From positions 1-57,441 of IMG/VR virus record IMGVR_UViG_3300032267_000867: DNA of 57,441 nucleotides; one strand, written 5' to 3'. This stretch comes from a virus. Lineage: Duplodnaviria > Caudoviricetes. The notes under the pieces are model-generated. The model did not search any database. It had not been told where the DNA came from and saw only the letters and a list, made by a program, of their open reading frames with translations. Below are positions 44,794 to 54,288 of the stretch, piece after piece. The stretch's first letter is position 1. Each line of letters opens with the position of its first letter. A program made the position numbers and the translations under genes.

Positions 44794-45084
44794 CTAGCAG
44801 CCCCAGCGGCGGAGAGATTTGTTGATGCGGCTGTCCGGATCATGCGCGGCTTCGCTGCCGGTGTTTTTCTTTTTCATGCCCTTCATGCGGGCGCAGAAGG
44901 ATTTGTGCCTGCGGTTTTTTGGGTCTTTGGTGGGAGCGCGGAGCGTGCCACCGGTTTCTTTGTGATACGCCTCGCGCCCGGCTTCGGTCAGCCCACCCGC
45001 TTTTGATTTCAGGGGTTTCGCTTCGGCGTCGTGGCGTGCCAGGGTCTGCTGAATTCGGGAAACAGCGTCGGCTATGGTTTTCAC
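44794..45084 (-). CDS. Small basic protein (DUF6321-like), putative internal head protein
   Basis: GTG at 45084 (GTGA overlap); GGLTEAGR...SFCARMKG...SRINKSLRRWGC. Confidence 0.7.
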   Translation of the reverse strand: MKTIADAVSRIQQTLARHDAEAKPLKSKAGGLTEAGREAYHKETGGTLRAPTKDPKNRRHKSFCARMKGMKKKNTGSEAAHDPDSRINKSLRRWGC

Positions 45085-45884
45085 TTGCTTGATTCCTCCA
45101 GCTTCGCCTTGCCCTTTTCGGTCAGCATGTTGTCGGGCAAATAACGGGGGCTGTAGATGTAGCGATACCAGCACCGGCAAAACACCTCTTCGCCGGGCTG
45201 GGTGATGTCATCGGTGTAGCCCGCTGGCCCGCACTTCATCAAGCCAGATTTCATGGCCCAGTTGCCGCGCATGGTGTAGACCTGCCGATCCCGCTCCTTG
45301 TGGTCCTTGCGGTAATTGTAACCTTTTTGACGCCAATGCGAATGCCACTCGCCTGCGATGGCGCCGCCGTCCGTCGCTAGGATTTCGGAGATGGACGCCA
45401 CCAGCTTGTGGCCCTGGTCGATGATCACGCGGCGTTCCTCAAACGGAAGCTGCTTGAGCGATTTCTTGATGTCGCCCTTGGTTTCGTTCTTGTCCACCAC
45501 GTCAGAGCCACCTTGCGGGATGGACGTTGACCAGCCGCTAAAGCGTTGCAAGGTTTTCTGGATCGCCGCCTCGCGGTTGAGGCGGATAAGCTGAGCGCTG
45601 GCCATAATGCGCCTGTCGAGTTCGGTGCGTAGCTTTGGTTTGATCTGGTCCAGGGTAAAACGCGACACGCCCGGGTTGAGTTTAAGAATCGCGCCCTTGT
45701 CAACATAGCGCGCGTAAACGCTGGCCAGGGATGCGCGCAAGGTGCGTTCCATCACCGCCGTTGGTGTCAGGGACCGTTCCGCCGCTTGCTTAATCAGCAC
45801 CAGCCATTGATCGACGCGCAGCGGGTCATAACCGTTGTCGGTGATGTCACGCACGGCGGCAGTGATGGTCTCGTAGAAATTCAC
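45081..45884 (-). CDS. MuF / SPP1 gp7-like head morphogenesis protein
   Basis: IIDQGHK, YNYRKDH, PGEEVFCRC. Confidence 0.8.
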   Translation of the reverse strand: MNFYETITAAVRDITDNGYDPLRVDQWLVLIKQAAERSLTPTAVMERTLRASLASVYARYVDKGAILKLNPGVSRFTLDQIKPKLRTELDRRIMASAQLIRLNREAAIQKTLQRFSGWSTSIPQGGSDVVDKNETKGDIKKSLKQLPFEERRVIIDQGHKLVASISEILATDGGAIAGEWHSHWRQKGYNYRKDHKERDRQVYTMRGNWAMKSGLMKCGPAGYTDDITQPGEEVFCRCWYRYIYSPRYLPDNMLTEKGKAKLEESSK

Positions 45885-46096
45885 TGCCCGAGTTCCTCAA
45901 TGCGCTGGCTTAGGTCCGCGATGGTTTCGATAGCCCGCGCGACTTTTGTCTCAATGTCATTAAGCTCAATACCGTAGGACGACGCCATGCGGATGTCTTC
46001 CAAATCCTGCAACGCCAGCAGCACTTTGGCGCGCAGTTCATCCGCCGCCTTTCGGCACGCGGCGACATCTCGCAAATGGCTGATTATCTCATCCAT
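45881..46096 (-). CDS. Hypothetical coiled-coil protein
   Basis: Fills the portal-MuF gap with tight coupling. Confidence 0.6.
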   Translation of the reverse strand: MDEIISHLRDVAACRKAADELRAKVLLALQDLEDIRMASSYGIELNDIETKVARAIETIADLSQRIEELGQ

Positions 46097-47509
46097 TCAG
46101 ATGCGCTCGGGCCTTGGTGCGTGCATGGTGGGTTCCTCCGCCTGCTGGGGCGGCTCGTATTGTGCCAGCGCCTCATAATCCAGCACCAACGGCTGCGGGA
46201 ATAGCGTCTTGTTTTCGCCGCTGCTGTCGATTGCCCATTCGATCAACCGCGCCTTGTTGTCGGGGTCCATCATCGGCATCAGCACCTGCATCATCGAAAT
46301 GATGGCTTTCTGCCGCACGTCCTCGGCTTTGGTGTCGGCTTCCGGGTCTTTCAGCAGGCTTGGCCATGTGGCCACAAAGCCGTTTTTCCAGCGGTAGAAA
46401 GCGTCGGTGTAGGAAACGTCCTGATACTCGGGGAAGTCGGCCTGGATGGTGGCGTAGAAATCTGGATTCCAAGCGCGACGCATCACCACCGCATCGAAAA
46501 AATCGTAAGCTGGCTCCAGCCATTCGCGGATGCCGTCGATATAGCGCGCGATGTTTTTGGCGTCCTCGGTGCCCTCGCCAAAGCCCGCCACCATCGTCTC
46601 GTTGTCCAACAGCTTGGCGGGCATGTCGGCAGCGGTGGCGATGTTTTTGAGGATGTTGGTGCGGGCGAAGGTTCCGGCGCCGTCGATGTTTTGCAGGTTG
46701 AGGCTTTCGACGCTTTCGGTCAGGTCGATAGACATGACGTTATTGGTTTGCGCGTCTTTGAGCAGTTGGCGCTTGATGCCCGCCATACGCTGCATGGCGT
46801 TGTCGATGATCGAACCGGGAGCCTTCAGCTTGGCAATGATCAGCCCCGCCTTTCGCGCCACCATGTCGTCCGTCACCATTGTGCTGACGAAGGATTTCAA
46901 CGGGTATAGGGCGCGCTGGAACACGGATCGGCCAACGTAGCCGAATGCGCTGGTGGTGTATTCGATATACACCGGCTGCTCATTCATCAGCACGACGGAA
47001 CGGCTTCGATGGTAGGGTTTGCCTGCAACTGTGATTGCCGCTGACTTCAGGAAGTCTGGCGCATTCGGGTCCTGATTGAGCACAAGAGACCCAGCTGTGT
47101 TCAGAGGGTCAAGGATGTTGAAATAGAGCTTTAGGTCGCCCAGGCGGTCGAGAGGCAATTCAGCTTCGCTGTCCACACCATCTGCGCCGATAATGATGGA
47201 GCCAACGCCGTATATGCGGGCGATGCTGCCGAGTTGGGCGATGTATTTGTCGGCGTGGACGCGCTTCCATTCGGTCTCAAAAGCCTCGCGCACGCGGGTT
47301 TCGGGAGCGTTCTGAATGCTGATTTGCCGCGCCTGCGATTGCGCCATAGCGATGGGCGCATCAACCATTTTCCGGCCCAGCGGGTGATAGCTGTAGATTG
47401 TTTTGCAAAGCTGGTAGCTGACATCGGAACCGGGAATCAGTTCGTCGGCCATCAGCAGGGTTTGCAGCGATCCGCCAAGGTTGGCGCCGGTGACGGTAAT
47501 CGTGGACAT
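46097..47509 (-). CDS. Portal protein (DUF1073-like)
   Basis: After TerL; ARIYG, GRSVFQ, IATAADMP...GF...D. Confidence 0.85.
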   Translation of the reverse strand: MSTITVTGANLGGSLQTLLMADELIPGSDVSYQLCKTIYSYHPLGRKMVDAPIAMAQSQARQISIQNAPETRVREAFETEWKRVHADKYIAQLGSIARIYGVGSIIIGADGVDSEAELPLDRLGDLKLYFNILDPLNTAGSLVLNQDPNAPDFLKSAAITVAGKPYHRSRSVVLMNEQPVYIEYTTSAFGYVGRSVFQRALYPLKSFVSTMVTDDMVARKAGLIIAKLKAPGSIIDNAMQRMAGIKRQLLKDAQTNNVMSIDLTESVESLNLQNIDGAGTFARTNILKNIATAADMPAKLLDNETMVAGFGEGTEDAKNIARYIDGIREWLEPAYDFFDAVVMRRAWNPDFYATIQADFPEYQDVSYTDAFYRWKNGFVATWPSLLKDPEADTKAEDVRQKAIISMMQVLMPMMDPDNKARLIEWAIDSSGENKTLFPQPLVLDYEALAQYEPPQQAEEPTMHAPRPERI

Positions 47510-47689
47510 TTAATCTACGCCTTTTTCGGACAGCCGCCGGTGAGCGGTGAGGTGGTCTTCAAACGGGCCGGATGGCGGAATGCTGACGGCAACCCGCGCC
47601 ATGGCCAACGCAGCGCGAAGCGCATACGCGGGCACGTCGTAGCCGTGCTTTGCAAGAGCGACGGAGAGCATTTGAACCGCGTCGGCCAT
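47510..47689 (-). CDS. Hypothetical protein (59 aa, not in ORF track)
   Basis: MADAVQMLSV...RLSEKGVD; TGATG overlap with the TerL stop; stop abuts the portal ATG. Confidence 0.6.
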   Translation of the reverse strand: MADAVQMLSVALAKHGYDVPAYALRAALAMARVAVSIPPSGPFEDHLTAHRRLSEKGVD

Positions 47690-48981
47690 CAGAATCCCTC
47701 TTGGTTGCCTAGTGCGATAGCGATGGAATAGCAGAATGCGTCGAGCAGGTCATCTTCGCCCATGTCTTTGACGCCCAGGGTGAACGTCAAAACCTGTTGC
47801 ATAAGGTGGTTTCTCGTCGCGCCCTTGTATATCATCGTTTTTTCGTAGGCGTGGCGAGAAAATTTCACTTTGCCTTGATGGACGTAGCCGGAAACGGAAA
47901 TGGCGCGTTCCGCCTTGCCCAGGCTGGTCAACTTGCTGTCGATGCTGTGGGTATTCCAGCCGCGTCGGACACCCTGTTGCAGCAGCACCATGCCGGATGC
48001 CTTGTCCTCAATCCAGACGCCCAGGTTGCCGATCTGCGCGCCACATTGGGCTGAGAATTCCTCTAGCCGGGCGAAGATGCTGGGAAGCCAATGCTCCAGC
48101 AGCGCGCCTTCAATTTGGCAGACTTCATAGTCGAGGATGATCAATTCCGGCTTCATGCCGTATGCGCCACGGGCGCAAAAAATGACGGCGGTGCCGTCAT
48201 TGTCTTTGCCGGTTTTGGTGGCGGTATCAACGACGGCGAACACGCCAGCGCACTGCGTTGGGTATTCCACCGGGGCGCCGTCAGCGAGCAGGTTTTCCAG
48301 CTTGAAGAATTGGGTGCCAGACCAATCCACGAATTCCGCAAGGTATTCCTGTTTCCACACCATTGGCGGGCGTTCCGCCTCAAGCCGCACCAACTCCTCT
48401 TGCGGCATGTAGGGGTTGCTGGCCGTGGGGGCGTGGAATTCGACAAAGCCGTGTTCTGGCTCGTTGCAGATGCGCCAGAAGAAATTGTCGGGATCGACGC
48501 CGTTCGCGTTGCTCAGGGCCGTCGCCGTGCCCTTGTAGTCGAGCAGCGTGGGCTGGATGGCGCGGTTCCAAATGTCCATCATGTTCGGCTTGGTGAACGC
48601 AGCCTCGTCGATATAGACATCGTGATATTTCCGAGACCGGCCCGCGCTTTCGTTTTCCAGGGTCCAAAATTCAATCCGCCCCCCGGTGATGCAGCGAATG
48701 ACGCCTTCGGTTTTGTTGTGCGATTTCACCACCGGGCGGAGCATGTCGAGCAGTTCGTCGTAGATTTCGGTTTGGTATTTATACGCCGGGACGAAATATC
48801 CTTGAATGCGGCCCTTCATAATCCGGTCGCCCGCCATGGTCTTGGCCATGCTGGTTTTGCCCCAGCGACGCCCGCAGCGGATCGCGCGAAATCGCGCGGG
48901 CTTGCCGTTGACGTCAAGCATTTTAAACGCGCCAACCTGCCCGGTGTGTAGTTCGGGCAGCTTCACGACAATTTCAGACAT
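47689..48981 (-). CDS. terL: Terminase large subunit
   Basis: CGRRWGKT Walker A, VYIDEAA Walker B, VVDTA...D and DDLLDA nuclease motifs. Confidence 0.93.
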   Translation of the reverse strand: MSEIVVKLPELHTGQVGAFKMLDVNGKPARFRAIRCGRRWGKTSMAKTMAGDRIMKGRIQGYFVPAYKYQTEIYDELLDMLRPVVKSHNKTEGVIRCITGGRIEFWTLENESAGRSRKYHDVYIDEAAFTKPNMMDIWNRAIQPTLLDYKGTATALSNANGVDPDNFFWRICNEPEHGFVEFHAPTASNPYMPQEELVRLEAERPPMVWKQEYLAEFVDWSGTQFFKLENLLADGAPVEYPTQCAGVFAVVDTATKTGKDNDGTAVIFCARGAYGMKPELIILDYEVCQIEGALLEHWLPSIFARLEEFSAQCGAQIGNLGVWIEDKASGMVLLQQGVRRGWNTHSIDSKLTSLGKAERAISVSGYVHQGKVKFSRHAYEKTMIYKGATRNHLMQQVLTFTLGVKDMGEDDLLDAFCYSIAIALGNQEGF

Positions 48982-49327
48982 CCGGCAGACCGCCGATCAC
49001 CTTGATGGTCAACCCTTTTTCCGCGTCTTCCATGGGCGCAACGTCTCGCCATCCGGCGCGGCACTTGAGCCAGAATATCGTTGCGCTGACGGATGACGGC
49101 CCGTCGCCCATCGCTTTATTCCACAAATTTTGCGTCATGGCGGTGTTAGCTTTGATCGCTCCAACATCCATTTCATCGCGGAAATATTTGCGCATGGTTT
49201 TGGGGTCGATACCCAAAACACGCGCAATGTCGGAATATGTAATGCCATAGCCGATCATGGTTTCCACCATGGCTCGGTCTTTATCAGTTGGTTGATAGGG
49301 TGGCCTTCCTCCGGGGTGTTTGGTCAT
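48974..49327 (-). CDS. terS: Terminase small subunit
   Basis: Start MTKHPGGRP; HTH IARVLGIDPKTMRKYF; ATIFWLKCRAGW; overlaps TerL. Confidence 0.8.
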   Translation of the reverse strand: MTKHPGGRPPYQPTDKDRAMVETMIGYGITYSDIARVLGIDPKTMRKYFRDEMDVGAIKANTAMTQNLWNKAMGDGPSSVSATIFWLKCRAGWRDVAPMEDAEKGLTIKVIGGLPDV

Positions 49328-49403
49328 TTGCAATAATTTTCCAGGGTCCGCGTCAAAAGTAAGCGGCGAATGATACCCGATCAACCCCGGCGAGCAAAAG
49401 CCT

Positions 49404-49526
49404 TTATCGCTTGTCCCACCGCTTGGTATCCGTTTCGCGCCATTGCACCGCCAGGGTTATGCAGGCGCCGATGACGGCGCCCACACATCCGGCGATCAGC
49501 GCGCCCCAAAAAAAATCCAGTGTCAT
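49404..49526 (-). CDS. Small membrane protein (40 aa, not in ORF track)
   Basis: MTLDFFWGALIAGCVGAVIGACITLAVQWRETDTKRWDKR; GAGG RBS, ATGA overlap. Confidence 0.55.
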   Translation of the reverse strand: MTLDFFWGALIAGCVGAVIGACITLAVQWRETDTKRWDKR

Positions 49527-49738
49527 TGTTTCGTTTCCTCTTGATGCAAAGTGCCGTGAGCAAATTCGATGATTTCGTCGAGGCCAGACATAACTTCGGT
49601 CATCGCCAAGCGAAGAGCGTCGCGCTCTTCTCGGAGTTGGTCCCTCTCGTTGAGAAGGGCCAGCAGGTGGCCCTTCTCAACCATCACGATAAGCGGGCCT
49701 TGATCCACGATGGCCCGGAATTCCTCGTCGTTCATCAC
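49523..49738 (-). CDS. Hypothetical protein
   Basis: Coupled to the methyltransferase stop; coiled coil. Confidence 0.6.
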   Translation of the reverse strand: MMNDEEFRAIVDQGPLIVMVEKGHLLALLNERDQLREERDALRLAMTEVMSGLDEIIEFAHGTLHQEETKQ

Positions 49739-50628
49739 GCCACCGCCATATCGTCAAACAGATCGACTGCGCCAGCTTCGCTTGCGTCAAGATTCCGGCA
49801 AGCCTGCCGCCAATAGGTTTCCTTGAGTTCAACGCCCACAAACTTGCGGCGGGCGCGCAAAGCACCGAAACCTTCCGATCCAATCCCCATAAACGGAGAT
49901 AGCACCACGTCGCCCGGGTTGCTCCACATGCGCAACGCACGTTCAATCACGTCGAGTTGCAGCGGGCACAAATGCCGCTCGTCGCCCATTTCCTTGGCGG
50001 CGGCGGTGTTGAGCGTGCGGGTTTGATTGACCGTCATCCAAACCGGGCTGGCGATTTCCTGCCAGAGCGGCAGCGGGAATTCGCTTGGCGTATGCTTGAT
50101 CGGTGAAGCGTTCACGCCCGGCTTGCGGAACACCAGCAGGTAATCCGGCATGCCTTGGCGACTGCGGCTGCTATCGGCCTGCAACGTCTTGTAGAGCAGC
50201 CCGTGAGCCTTGGTGCGGGTCATTTCCACCACCGGGCACTTCCAGATGGTCACACGACTATGCAGCACCCATCCGGCTTCCATGTGAGTTCGGATGATGT
50301 CACCGGAGAAATCCTTAATCCCAATTTCTCCGTCGATCCACGCGCGCATCGGCAGATCGGAACAATGCACCGCGCTCAACCGGCCCGGTTTTGTGATCCG
50401 GAATTTCTCCGCCACCTCAAACGCATAATGCTTAGCGAATTCGCCATCCGTGGCGCTATTGCCCATGTCAGCGGCGCTGCTGCTGTAAATGAACAAATTC
50501 CCGAATGGCGGCGAATAGACCGAAAAATCCACGGAAGCGTCCGGAAGCTGCCGCAAAACATCCACGCAATCGCCGTGGTAGGCGACGTAGCCGTCGCCAT
50601 GCGCCTCGTTCAAGCACTGAATAGCCAT
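49735..50628 (-). CDS. DNA methyltransferase, beta class (N4-C/N6-A)
   Basis: GDC, catalytic SPPF, H.CPLQ, SPFMGIGS SAM-binding motif, GVEL. Confidence 0.9.
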   Translation of the reverse strand: MAIQCLNEAHGDGYVAYHGDCVDVLRQLPDASVDFSVYSPPFGNLFIYSSSAADMGNSATDGEFAKHYAFEVAEKFRITKPGRLSAVHCSDLPMRAWIDGEIGIKDFSGDIIRTHMEAGWVLHSRVTIWKCPVVEMTRTKAHGLLYKTLQADSSRSRQGMPDYLLVFRKPGVNASPIKHTPSEFPLPLWQEIASPVWMTVNQTRTLNTAAAKEMGDERHLCPLQLDVIERALRMWSNPGDVVLSPFMGIGSEGFGALRARRKFVGVELKETYWRQACRNLDASEAGAVDLFDDMAVA

Positions 50629-51992
50629 GATGGTATCTTTCCCTTGTGGTTAGGTTGATATTTTACGCGGGTTTCCGATTTTTGACCAGCCCGCTTCATC
50701 GCGGAAGCCATGGCGCGCTTCATTTTTGAGTGATCCGCGCTCTTGCGGTCGATCACGCGGCCAATCTGGTCTTCGCCTTCCGCCACGATCAAATGGCAGT
50801 CCACCGGTCGGGCTTGACCAAAGCGCCAGCATCGACGCACTGCCTGATACCATGCCTCGTAGCTAAAGCTGCGCCCGGCGAAAATCATCACGTTGCAATG
50901 CTGCCAGTTCATGCCAAAGCCCGCGACGGATGGCTTGGTGATCAGCACCCGGGCGGTGCCCGTGGCAAACGCCGTCAACCGATCTTCTTTTTGCCGGGCA
51001 TCCATGCTGCCGCGCACCTCGACGGCATCGGGAATCGCAGCACGCAATGCGTCGGCTTCATAATCGGTGTCGCACCACAACAGGCACGCGCCTTCGGTAG
51101 GCACAAGGCTGGCGCACATTGCGGCGCGGGCGTCGGCGGTTTGACGTTTAACGTCATGCAACGTAGTCGCGCTTACCTCCAGCGAGAATAGGGCGCCAGC
51201 GGGCGCGCGAACATCGCCCGCCGCCTTGTGGCGGAGGACGTTAAGCGGAGGCAGGATATATTCGCTGGCGTCGTGGCCCAGGTCCGCAGGCGTCTCTGCC
51301 ATCCGCGCCCACGACGCCATCCAATCCCAGAATTCTTGCTCGGCGTGTCGCTTGATCCGCCATTTCTGGCTGGCCTGTTCGGTGTCGTTGATAAAGAATC
51401 TGGTCAGCATCTCGGTGGACGACATGATGCCGAGAAACTCGGCGTGATTGCCAAGTTCCATGTGATCGTTTGGGGCTGGCGTTGCGGTTGCCGCCATGCG
51501 GAAACGCGCGCCGCTGAATGCCTCGATCAGACTGCGCGTGGTTTTGCCGGTAAAACTTTTTAGGATTGAGCTTTCGTCGAGAGCCACAGCACCAAACGCG
51601 GAGGGGTTCAGCGCATCAAGCATGTCGTAGTTGCAAACGTTGATGCCGGGACCGGCTTCGGATTGGCTGCGGATTTGCCGGGCTTGATACCCAAACCGAT
51701 CCGCCTCGCGGACGATCTGCGCTGCGACGGCAAGCGGCGTTAAAATCAGCGCCATGCCGTTGGTGGCAGCGGCGGCGTGGTGGCACCATTCAAGCTGAGT
51801 GAGTGTCTTTCCCAAGCCAGTGTCCAGAAAGCAGCCCCACCGGCCTTGGCGCAGCCCAAACGCCACGCAATCGGCTTGGTGCGGCTTAAGGGCCGGGTTG
51901 AGCTGCGGCACCACGTCCAGCCCGGAAGCGTGCGGGCGCGGCGCTTTGCTGGCCAAAAATTTTAGATATGTGGAGTTATCTCCATCGCTCAT
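50610..51992 (-). CDS. SNF2-like helicase/ATPase
   Basis: LDTGLGKT, LDESSILK, TATPAPND, QAVRRCWRFGQ. Confidence 0.88.
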   Translation of the reverse strand: MSDGDNSTYLKFLASKAPRPHASGLDVVPQLNPALKPHQADCVAFGLRQGRWGCFLDTGLGKTLTQLEWCHHAAAATNGMALILTPLAVAAQIVREADRFGYQARQIRSQSEAGPGINVCNYDMLDALNPSAFGAVALDESSILKSFTGKTTRSLIEAFSGARFRMAATATPAPNDHMELGNHAEFLGIMSSTEMLTRFFINDTEQASQKWRIKRHAEQEFWDWMASWARMAETPADLGHDASEYILPPLNVLRHKAAGDVRAPAGALFSLEVSATTLHDVKRQTADARAAMCASLVPTEGACLLWCDTDYEADALRAAIPDAVEVRGSMDARQKEDRLTAFATGTARVLITKPSVAGFGMNWQHCNVMIFAGRSFSYEAWYQAVRRCWRFGQARPVDCHLIVAEGEDQIGRVIDRKSADHSKMKRAMASAMKRAGQKSETRVKYQPNHKGKIPSWLFSA

Positions 51993-52064
51993 TGTGATTT
52001 CCTTTCCTGATGGGCCAATGGCCCATCGCTTTTTTACGGGATAATGTTTTTTGACGATAGGGGA

Positions 52065-53645
52065 TCACTCCCCGTCGCGCTTCTTTTTCTCAACCGTCAC
52101 ATGCACCAGGGTTTCCTGGGCGCGAGTGGCTGCAACATACATTAGGTTGCGCTCCTGGCCCTTCTGCCAATCTTGACGGGCGTAGAAGCTGGGTTGGTAG
52201 GCGTTGGCGCCCCACCAGATCACGCGCGGCCATTCCCGGCCCTTGCTTTTGTGGATGGTCGAAAGCGTGACCACCTTGGGGCGCTCGCCTGCGGGCGTGT
52301 CGCCAAACAGCTTGTTGATGGCAATCTCGACGCTGGAGATGTGCGCATCGTCGGGAAGCACGCTCATGATTTCAAACAGCGTGCTGGTTTGGTCCGCGAT
52401 TTTGTCGGCTTGTGCGTCCTGGCCGCGATCCGTGGCGCGGGCGATTTCCGCCCGTGACCACCGGCCCAGGCGGTCGCGCAGGTCTTCCACCGTGGTGGCG
52501 GTCTTCCACTTTTTGGCCAGCTTGATGAGGCCCAAGCCAATGTCGCGGCCCTCAATGATGCAGCCCTTGCCGCGCCGGATGAGGCTATAGGCGATTTCGA
52601 CCAGCGGCGCGGTGTTGCGGCAGAGGATTGCGTCGTTGGCGGTCAGCGTGACGTAGGTTGCCTCCCAGAATACTTTTTCGTCGATCCGCTTAACGCTGCC
52701 CTGGGCGGCGTTGGCGGCGGGCTGGATGTGCTGCACCCATTGGCGGGCTTCGGCCACCACCGCCTTGGGGCAGCGGTAGGAAACGGTCAGCGGCAGGGTG
52801 ATGGCGGAGAATTCGTCGCGGATGAGGCCAAGGCTATCGGAATCCGCGCCGGTGAAGCCGTAGATGGCTTGCGCGGGGTCGCCCACCGCAACCAAACGGC
52901 CACCGGGCGCGAGCAACTTGCTGGCCAGGGCGCGGCGGGTGGCGTTGGTGTCCTGCGCTTCGTCGATCAGCACCCAGTCAAACGGGCGGATGGTCAGGTT
53001 GCGCTGAATGGGCAGGTAAACCATGTCGTCGAAGTCAATCATTTCGTCGGCCATGTCGTTGCTGACGGTCAGCAATTCGGCGGCGGCGTCGATGCCCTCG
53101 CCAAGCGCGTAGCCATCGGGCAGCAGTTCGGCAATGGCGTGATGGGCGATCATGTCTTCCCATGCCTTGGTGTCGGCGATGCTGACCATCGCGCCGATGC
53201 CCGCCTGCTTGGCCATAGATGCCGTTTTGATGGCAAAGCTGTGCATGTCCATCGGCAGGCGCCTGTTTTGCGTCATGCGCTTGGCGATGGTGATCAACTT
53301 CTTGCCGTCTACCTTGGTTCGGGGGCAGATGGTGCGCAGGGCGGAAAAGCCAAAGCTATGCACCGTGCCGATGCGCACTCGGGCGCCGAGGTTGAGCGGC
53401 GCGGCCTTGATTGCAATCTCCTCCGCAATTTTCTTGTTGTAAGCCATGAAAGCCACGTCGCCGTTGGTGCGGTCGAGCAGGTTGATAAGGGTGGTGGTCT
53501 TGCCCGCACCTGCGACGGCTTCGATGACCGCGCTGCCGGTGCCATTGCTGGTCCAGTCATAAACCGCAATTTGCTGGGGCGAAGGTTGGTGCTTGGCTGC
53601 GGGAGCGGCCTGGGTGGCGGCGATGCGGGTGGGAAGCGGTGCCAT
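52065..53645 (-). CDS. UvrD/REP superfamily 1 helicase
   Basis: AVAGAGKT, IDEAQD, VGDPAQAIYGF, STIHKSKGRE, YVAATRA. Confidence 0.92.
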   Translation of the reverse strand: MAPLPTRIAATQAAPAAKHQPSPQQIAVYDWTSNGTGSAVIEAVAGAGKTTTLINLLDRTNGDVAFMAYNKKIAEEIAIKAAPLNLGARVRIGTVHSFGFSALRTICPRTKVDGKKLITIAKRMTQNRRLPMDMHSFAIKTASMAKQAGIGAMVSIADTKAWEDMIAHHAIAELLPDGYALGEGIDAAAELLTVSNDMADEMIDFDDMVYLPIQRNLTIRPFDWVLIDEAQDTNATRRALASKLLAPGGRLVAVGDPAQAIYGFTGADSDSLGLIRDEFSAITLPLTVSYRCPKAVVAEARQWVQHIQPAANAAQGSVKRIDEKVFWEATYVTLTANDAILCRNTAPLVEIAYSLIRRGKGCIIEGRDIGLGLIKLAKKWKTATTVEDLRDRLGRWSRAEIARATDRGQDAQADKIADQTSTLFEIMSVLPDDAHISSVEIAINKLFGDTPAGERPKVVTLSTIHKSKGREWPRVIWWGANAYQPSFYARQDWQKGQERNLMYVAATRAQETLVHVTVEKKKRDGE

Positions 53646-53651
53646 TTTTTA

Positions 53652-53718
53652 GTTCCTTTCTCTGCGGGGCATCATCGCCCCGCCCGATTTTTTTACAGGG
53701 TTTTTTTTACCGCGCCAA
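53652..53718 (-). promoter_or_regulatory. Promoter-hairpin-RBS cassette
   Basis: TTGGCG-N17-TAAAAA; GCGGGGC-GATGAT-GCCCCGC; AGAGAAAGGAAC. Confidence 0.65.
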
Positions 53719-53807
53719 CCCCCTTGTCCAATATTTTTTTGACGGGCGCGGATTTTTTAGGTGGGAAATACTTAACCGGATTCCGGTTAATTTTTGACGG
53801 CTTGCCG

Positions 53808-53897
53808 TCAGAGGTAGGCGTGGAGCAAATGGTTCACGCCCCAGGTGTATGCGGCCAAAAATGCGATGGCCAAAATGGTTCGGATCGTGCCGCGCAT
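53808..53897 (-). CDS. Small hydrophobic peptide (29 aa)
   Basis: MRGTIRTILAIAFLAAYTWGVNHLLHAYL; GAAAGGAA RBS. Confidence 0.5.
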   Translation of the reverse strand: MRGTIRTILAIAFLAAYTWGVNHLLHAYL

Positions 53898-53911
53898 TTG
53901 ATTGATTCCTT

Positions 53912-54205
53912 TCAGGCGATAATGGCGAAGGCGGAAGCGACGCTGGACACGCTGCCTGCTCCTGAGAGCGCATCGCTTGCAGCCCCGTAAAGATCGCCGC
54001 GCCCAATGTGGCCGCAGAACGAAACCACCCACCCATCTGCGTCAGTGCGGGCGATGACGGTCTTGCCGTCGGCTTCGACGCGGAGCAGGCGATGCCCGTT
54101 CATCTCGACCACCACCAGGGTTCCAAAGGTTCCGGAATCTGTCCCATCCCGCAAAAAGCAGTTGATGATGGTCTCGATTTTTTCAGCGGTGTTGATGTTG
54201 AACAT
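53912..54205 (-). CDS. Hypothetical early protein downstream of the hammerhead
   Basis: AGAGAAAGGA RBS. Confidence 0.7.
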   Translation of the reverse strand: MFNINTAEKIETIINCFLRDGTDSGTFGTLVVVEMNGHRLLRVEADGKTVIARTDADGWVVSFCGHIGRGDLYGAASDALSGAGSVSSVASAFAIIA

Positions 54206-54222
54206 TTTGAATTCCTTTCTCT

Positions 54223-54288
54223 GGCTGGCTCATCAGCGCCGGGTTGCCGCCCGGCGGACCATTGGGGCCGAGGCCCCTAGGTTTCGCC
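54223..54288 (-). ncRNA. Hammerhead ribozyme, type II
   Basis: GGC-GAAA-CC...G-GUC^-CGCCGGG-CGGCAA-CCCGGCG-CUGAUGA-GCC: complete catalytic core, three stems, GUC cleavage triplet, and a possible loop I / 3' tail pseudoknot (GGC/GCC). Confidence 0.9.

Noticed and set aside
44784-44796. TAG-TGA-TAA triple stop as a sign of stop-codon recoding
   Set aside because: Genes are full length under the standard code and no suppressor tRNA is present.
46097-47509. Anti-CBASS Acb1 label sometimes attached to DUF1073-like proteins
   Set aside because: Size, motifs and position after TerL fit a portal; no HxT phosphoesterase domain is seen.
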